From contig OZ024746.1 of NCBI GenBank assembly GCA_964016885.1, forward strand, positions 89,280,001 through 89,344,000: DNA of 64,000 nucleotides, written 5' to 3'. Both the position numbers and the translations under genes were made by a program. Source of the stretch: Eledone cirrhosa (lineage: Eukaryota). Below are positions 63,913 through 64,000 of the stretch, piece by piece (within the stretch, counting starts at the first letter, position 1; each line of letters begins with the position of its first letter). The notes under the pieces are model-generated. The model had not been told where the DNA came from and did no database searches. It saw only the letters and a list, made by a program, of their open reading frames with translations.

Positions 63913-64000
63913 GTTAAAATACTGGAGTGTGTTGGAGTTAAACACCCTCTTCGTGTTATAGAAATGACAGTAAAAGTATATATATATATATATATATATA

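Overview
AT-rich, microsatellite-dense eukaryotic non-genic DNA. The SINE content and the (TA)n/(CA)n density resemble a cephalopod (Octopus-like) genome; this is pattern recognition, not a database match. No host gene could be supported. The window is a nest of retroelements: two large decayed Penelope-like elements (PLE; RT + GIY-YIG) from different clades, further PLE fragments, RTE LINEs, an R4/Dong-like LINE, a CR1/L2-like LINE, tRNA-derived SINEs, a Tc2-like MITE and a probable non-autonomous Helitron. The main hidden signal is about 20 minimal type-I hammerhead ribozyme (HHR) motifs, intact or decayed, in at least 8 unrelated short non-coding families, nearly all bounded by (TA)n tracts. 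Many form head-to-head palindromes whose fold point or arm end lies on the ribozyme (stem II loop, CUGA core or predicted cleavage site). Some form tandem 435-620 nt retrozyme-like units, and several share an ACTC..GAGT 3' hairpin. PLE-associated minimal HHRs and retrozymes are known. The systematic TA-targeted, ribozyme-anchored fold-back/twin-priming architecture is the candidate novelty. All folding and alignments were done by eye, so coordinates may be off by a few bases.
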